Source: Auanema rhodensis (lineage: Eukaryota; Animalia; Nematoda). Taken from it: a stretch of DNA of 64,000 nt. Positions within the stretch are counted from its first letter, which is position 1. Each line of letters starts with the position of its first letter. The notes under the pieces are model-generated. The model saw nothing but the letters and a program-made list of their open reading frames with translations, did not search any database and was not told the origin of the DNA. Shown piece by piece: positions 58,401 to 64,000 of the stretch. Location: positions 310,001 through 374,000 of the forward strand of contig CAXKVF010000081.1 of the NCBI GenBank assembly GCA_964057225.1, in the 5' to 3' direction. A program made the position numbers and the translations under genes.

Positions 58401-60776
58401 TTCACGTAAATTTCAAAGTCATGGTTACCATGAACCAATATCAATAAAAATTTGTTTTTAGACTAATATGTACATGGGGAATCTAATTTTGAAAACCGCA
58501 TCTCTTTATCTTTCACGTGAAGCGAGTTACATACCAAGTGCACATCACGTGTACATTTAATTAGCATAAATTAAAGTTCACGTAAATTTCAAAGTCATGG
58601 TTACCATGCACCAATATCAATAAAAATTTGTTTTTAGACTAATATGGACATGGGGAATCTAATTTTGAAAACCGCATCTCTTTATCTTTCACGTGAAGCG
58701 AGTTACATACCAAGTGCACATCACGTGTACATTTAATTAGCATAAATTAAAGTTCACGTAAATTTCAAAGTCATGGTTACCATGAACCAATATCAATGAA
58801 AATTTGTTTTTAGACTAATATGGACATGGGGAATCAAATTTTGAAAACCGCATCTCTTTATCTTTCACGTGAAGCGAGTTACATACCAAGTGCACATCAC
58901 GTGTACATTTAATTAGCATAAATTAAAGTTCACGTAAATTTCAAAGTCATGGTTACCATGCACCAATATCAATAAAAATTTGTTTTTAGACTAATATGGA
59001 CATGGGGAATCTAATTTTGAAAACCGCATCTCTTTATCTTTCACGTGAAGCGAGTTACATACCAAGTGCACATCACGTGTACATTTAATTAGCATAAATT
59101 AAAGTTCACGTAAATTTCAAAGTCATGGTTACCATGCACCAATATCAATAAAAATTTGTTTTTAGACTAATATGGACATGGGGAATCTAATTTTGAAAAC
59201 CGCATCTCTTTATCTTTCACGTGAATCGAGTTACATACCAAGTGCACATCACGTGTACATTTAATTAGCATAAATTAAAGTTCACGTAAATTTCAAAGTC
59301 ATGGTTACCATGAACCAATATCAATAAAAATTTGTTTTTAGACTAATATGGACATGGGGAATCTAATTTTGAAAACCGCATCTCTTTATCTTTCACGTGA
59401 AGCGAGTTACATACCAAGTGCACATCACGTGTACATTTAATTAGCATAAATTAAAGTTCACGTAAATTTCAAAGTCATGGTTACCATGCACCAATATCAA
59501 TAAAAATTTGTTTTTAGACTAATATGGACATGGGGAATCTAATTTTGAAAACCGCATCTCTTTATCTTTCACGTGAAGCGAGTTACATACCAAGTGCACA
59601 TCACGTGTACATTTAATTAGCATAAATTAAAGTTCACGTAAATTTCAAAGTCATGGTTACCATGCACCAATATCAATAAAAATTTGTTTTTAGACTAATA
59701 TGGACATGGGGAATCTAATTTTGAAAACCGCATCTCTTTATCTTTCACGTGAATCGAGTTACATATCAAGTGCACATCACGTGTACATTTAATTAGCATA
59801 AATTAAAGTTCACGTAAATTTCAAAGTCATGGTTATCATGCACCAATATCAATAAAAATTTGTTTTTAGACTAATATGGACATGGGGAATCAAATTTTGA
59901 AAACCGCATCTCTTTATCTTTCACGTGAAGCGAGTTACATACCAAGTGCACATCACGTGTACATTTAATTAGCATAAATTAAAGTTCACGTAAATTTCAA
60001 AGTCATGGTTACCATGCACCAATATCAATAAAAATTTGTTTTTAGACTAATATGGACATGGGGAATCTAATTTTGAAAACCGCATCTCTTTATCTTTCAC
60101 GTGAAGCGAGTTACATACCAAGTGCACATCACGTGTACATTTAATTAGCATAAATTAAAGTTCACGTAAATTTCAAAGTCATGGTTACCATGAACCAATA
60201 TCAATAAAAATTTGTTTTTAGACTAATATGGACATGAAGAATCAAATTTTGAAAACCGCATCTCTTTATCTTTCACGTGAAGCGAGTTACATACCAAGTG
60301 CACATCACGTGTACATTTAATTAGCATAAATTAAAGTTCACGTAATTTTCAAAGTCATGGTTACCATGAACCAATATCAATAAAAATTTGTTTTTAGACT
60401 AATATGGACATGGGGAATCTAATTTTGAAAACCGCATCTCTTTATCTTTCACGTGAAGCGAGTTACATACCAAGTGCACATCACGTGTACATTTAATTAG
60501 CATAAATTAAAGTTCACGTAAATTTCAAAGTCATGGTTACCATGCACCAATATCAATAAAAATTTGTTTTTAGACTAATATGGACATGGGGAATCTAATT
60601 TTGAAAACCGCATCTCTTTATCTTTCACGTGAAGCGAGTTACATACCAAGTGCACATCACGTGTACATTTAATTAGCATAAATTAAAGTTCACGTAAATT
60701 TCAAAGTCATGGTTACCATGAACCAATATCAATGAAAATTTGTTTTTAGACTAATATGGACATGGGGAATCAAATT

Positions 60777-63416
60777 TTGAAAACCGCATCTCTTTATCTT
60801 TCACGTGAAGCGAGTTACATACCAAGTGCACATCACGTGTACATTTAATTAGCATAAATTAAAGTTCACGTAAATTTCAAAGTCATGGTTACCATGCACC
60901 AATATCAATAAAAATTTGTTTTTAGACTAATATGGACATGGGGAATCTAATTTTGAAAACCGCATCTCTTTATCTTTCACGTGAAGCGAGTTACATACCA
61001 AGTGCACATCACGTGTACATTTAATTAGCATAAATTAAAGTTCACGTAAATTTCAAAGTCATGGTTACCATGCACCAATATCAATAAAAATTTGTTTTTA
61101 GACTAATATGGACATGGGGAATCTAATTTTGAAAACCGCATCTCTTTATCTTTCACGTGAATCGAGTTACATACCAAGTGCACATCACGTGTACATTTAA
61201 TTAGCATAAATTAAAGTTCACGTAAATTTCAAAGTCATGGTTACCATGAACCAATATCAATAAAAATTTGTTTTTAGACTAATATGGACATGGGGAATCT
61301 AATTTTGAAAACCGCATCTCTTTATCTTTCACGTGAAGCGAGTTACATACCAAGTGCACATCACGTGTACATTTAATTAGCATAAATTAAAGTTCACGTA
61401 AATTTCAAAGTCATGGTTACCATGCACCAATATCAATAAAAATTTGTTTTTAGACTAATATGGACATGGGGAATCTAATTTTGAAAACCGCATCTCTTTA
61501 TCTTTCACGTGAATCGAGTTACATACCAAGTGCACATCACGTGTACATTTAATTAGCATAAATTAAAGTTCACGTAAATTTCAAAGTCATGGTTACCATG
61601 AACCAATATCAATAAAAATTTGTTTTTAGACTAATATGGACATGGGGAATCTAATTTTGAAAACCGCATCTCTTTATCTTTCACGTGAAGCGAGTTACAT
61701 ACCAAGTGCACATCACGTGTACATTTAATTAGCATAAATTAAAGTTCACGTAAATTTCAAAGTCATGGTTACCATGAACCAATATCAATAAAAATTTGTT
61801 TTTAGACTAATATGGACATGGGGAATCTAATTTTGAAAACCGCATCTCTTTATCTTTCACGTGAAGCGAGTTACATACCAAGTGCACATCACGTGTACAT
61901 TTAATTAGCATAAATTAAAGTTCACGTAAATTTCAAAGTCATGGTTACCATGCACCAATATCAATAAAAATTTGTTTTTAGACTAATATGGACATGATGA
62001 ATCTAATTTTGAAAACCGCATCTCTTTATCTTTCACGTGAAGCGAGTTACATACCAAGTGCACATCACGTGTACATTTAATTAGCATAAATTAAAGTTCA
62101 CGTAAATTTCAAAGTCATGGTTACCATGAACCAATATCAATGAAAATTTGTTTTTAGACTAATATGGACATGGGGAATCAAATTTTGAAAACCGCATCTC
62201 TTTATCTTTCACGTGAAGCGAGTTACATACCAAGTGCACATCACGTGTACATTTAATTAGCATAAATTAAAGTTCACGTAAATTTCAAAGTCATGGTTAC
62301 CATGCACCAATATCAATAAAAATTTGTTTTTAGACTAATATGGACATGGGGAATCTAATTTTGAAAACCGCATCTCTTTATCTTTCACGTGAAGCGAGTT
62401 ACATACCAAGTGCACATCACGTGTACATTTAATTAGCATAAATTAAAGTTCACGTAAATTTCAAAGTCATGGTTACCATGCACCAATATCAATAAAAATT
62501 TGTTTTTAGACTAATATGGACATGGGGAATCTAATTTTGAAAACCGCATCTCTTTATCTTTCACGTGAATCGAGTTACATACCAAGTGCACATCACGTGT
62601 ACATTTAATTAGCATAAATTAAAGTTCACGTAAATTTCAAAGTCATGGTTACCATGAACCAATATCAATAAAAATTTGTTTTTAGACTAATATGGACATG
62701 GGGAATCTAATTTTGAAAACCGCATCTCTTTATCTTTCACGTGAAGCGAGTTACATACCAAGTGCACATCACGTGTACATTTAATTAGCATAAATTAAAG
62801 TTCACGTAAATTTCAAAGTCATGGTTACCATGCACCAATATCAATAAAAATTTGTTTTTAGACTAATATGGACATGGGGAATCTAATTTTGAAAACCGCA
62901 TCTCTTTATCTTTCACGTGAATCGAGTTACATACCAAGTGCACATCACGTGTACATTTAATTAGCATAAATTAAAGTTCACGTAAATTTCAAAGTCATGG
63001 TTACCATGAACCAATATCAATAAAAATTTGTTTTTAGACTAATATGGACATGGGGAATCTAATTTTGAAAACCGCATCTCTTTATCTTTCACGTGAAGCG
63101 AGTTACATACCAAGTGCACATCACGTGTACATTTAATTAGCATAAATTAAAGTTCACGTAAATTTCAAAGTCATGGTTACCATGAACCAATATCAATAAA
63201 AATTTGTTTTTAGACTAATATGGACATGGGGAATCTAATTTTGAAAACCGCATCTCTTTATCTTTCACGTGAAGCGAGTTACATACCAAGTGCACATCAC
63301 GTGTACATTTAATTAGCATAAATTAAAGTTCACGTAAATTTCAAAGTCATGGTTACCATGCACCAATATCAATAAAAATTTGTTTTTAGACTAATATGGA
63401 CATGATGAATCTAATT
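60777..63416 (+). repeat. Higher-order duplication with 8-monomer (1408-bp) offset
   Basis: GAATCG alleles at 61162/62570 and 61514/62922; CATGATGA at 61998/63406. Confidence 0.8.
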
Positions 63417-64000
63417 TTGAAAACCGCATCTCTTTATCTTTCACGTGAAGCGAGTTACATACCAAGTGCACATCACGTGTACATTTAATTAGCATAAATT
63501 AAAGTTCACGTAAATTTCAAAGTCATGGTTACCATGCACCAATATCAATTAAAATTTGTTTTTAGACTAATATGGACATGGGGAATCAAATTTTGAAAAC
63601 CGCATCTCTTTATCTTTCACGTGAAGCGAGTTACATACCAAGTGCACATCACGTGTACATTTAATTAGCATAAATTAAAGTTCACGTAAATTTCAAAATC
63701 ATGGTTACCATGCACCAATATCAATAAAAATTTGTTTTTAGACTAATATGGACATGATGAATCTAATTTTGAAAACCGCATCTCTTTATCTTTCACGTGA
63801 AGCGAGTTACATACCAAGTGCACATCACGTGTACATTTAATTAGCATAAATTAAAATTCACGTAAATTTCAAAGTCATGGTTACCATGAACCAATATCAA
63901 TGAAAATTTGTTTTTAGACTAATATGGACATGGGGAATCAAATTTTGAGAACCGCATCTCTTTATCTTTCACGTGAAGCGAGTTACATACCAAGTGCACA

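Larger units (their letters stand above)
48608..64000 (+). repeat. 176-bp tandem satellite array, forward block 2 (about 87.5 monomers)
   Basis: Forward orientation resumes at monomer position 152 (TAATATGGAC, 48608). Monomer starts at 48633 and 63945 are exactly 87 x 176 apart, so there is no net indel. Confidence 0.99.

Noticed and set aside
1-64000. CRISPR array or other repeat-spacer system
   Set aside because: There are no unique spacers; the full 176 bp is repeated and no cas-like ORFs are present.

Overview
The whole 64 kb is one eukaryotic-type satellite DNA array: about 364 near-identical copies of a 176-bp AT-rich monomer (about 32% GC; consensus close to bases 1-176). Most copies differ from consensus at 0-4 positions. 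I see no genes, RNA genes, transposons or CRISPR array. Monomer length and homogeneity are typical of centromeric or pericentromeric satellite, but I cannot assign a species or named family, and centromere function is inference. The array has three orientation blocks: forward 1-41828, reverse about 41826-48604 (a 6.8-kb inversion of 38.5 monomers) and forward 48608-64000. The left inversion junction has 3-bp microhomology. The right junction has a 3-nt insertion and forms an in-phase palindrome with an 11-nt spacer. Three out-of-register junction types in the first 10 kb are best explained as two templated duplication events. Shared SNPs reveal nested higher-order duplications (2- to 32-monomer offsets) and zoned variant layers. 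Five monomer positions carry all four bases, while a palindrome- and E-box-rich part of the monomer is nearly invariant. All variant calls were made by eye. I found no protein-encoded novel system; the interesting biology is array structure and repair scars.
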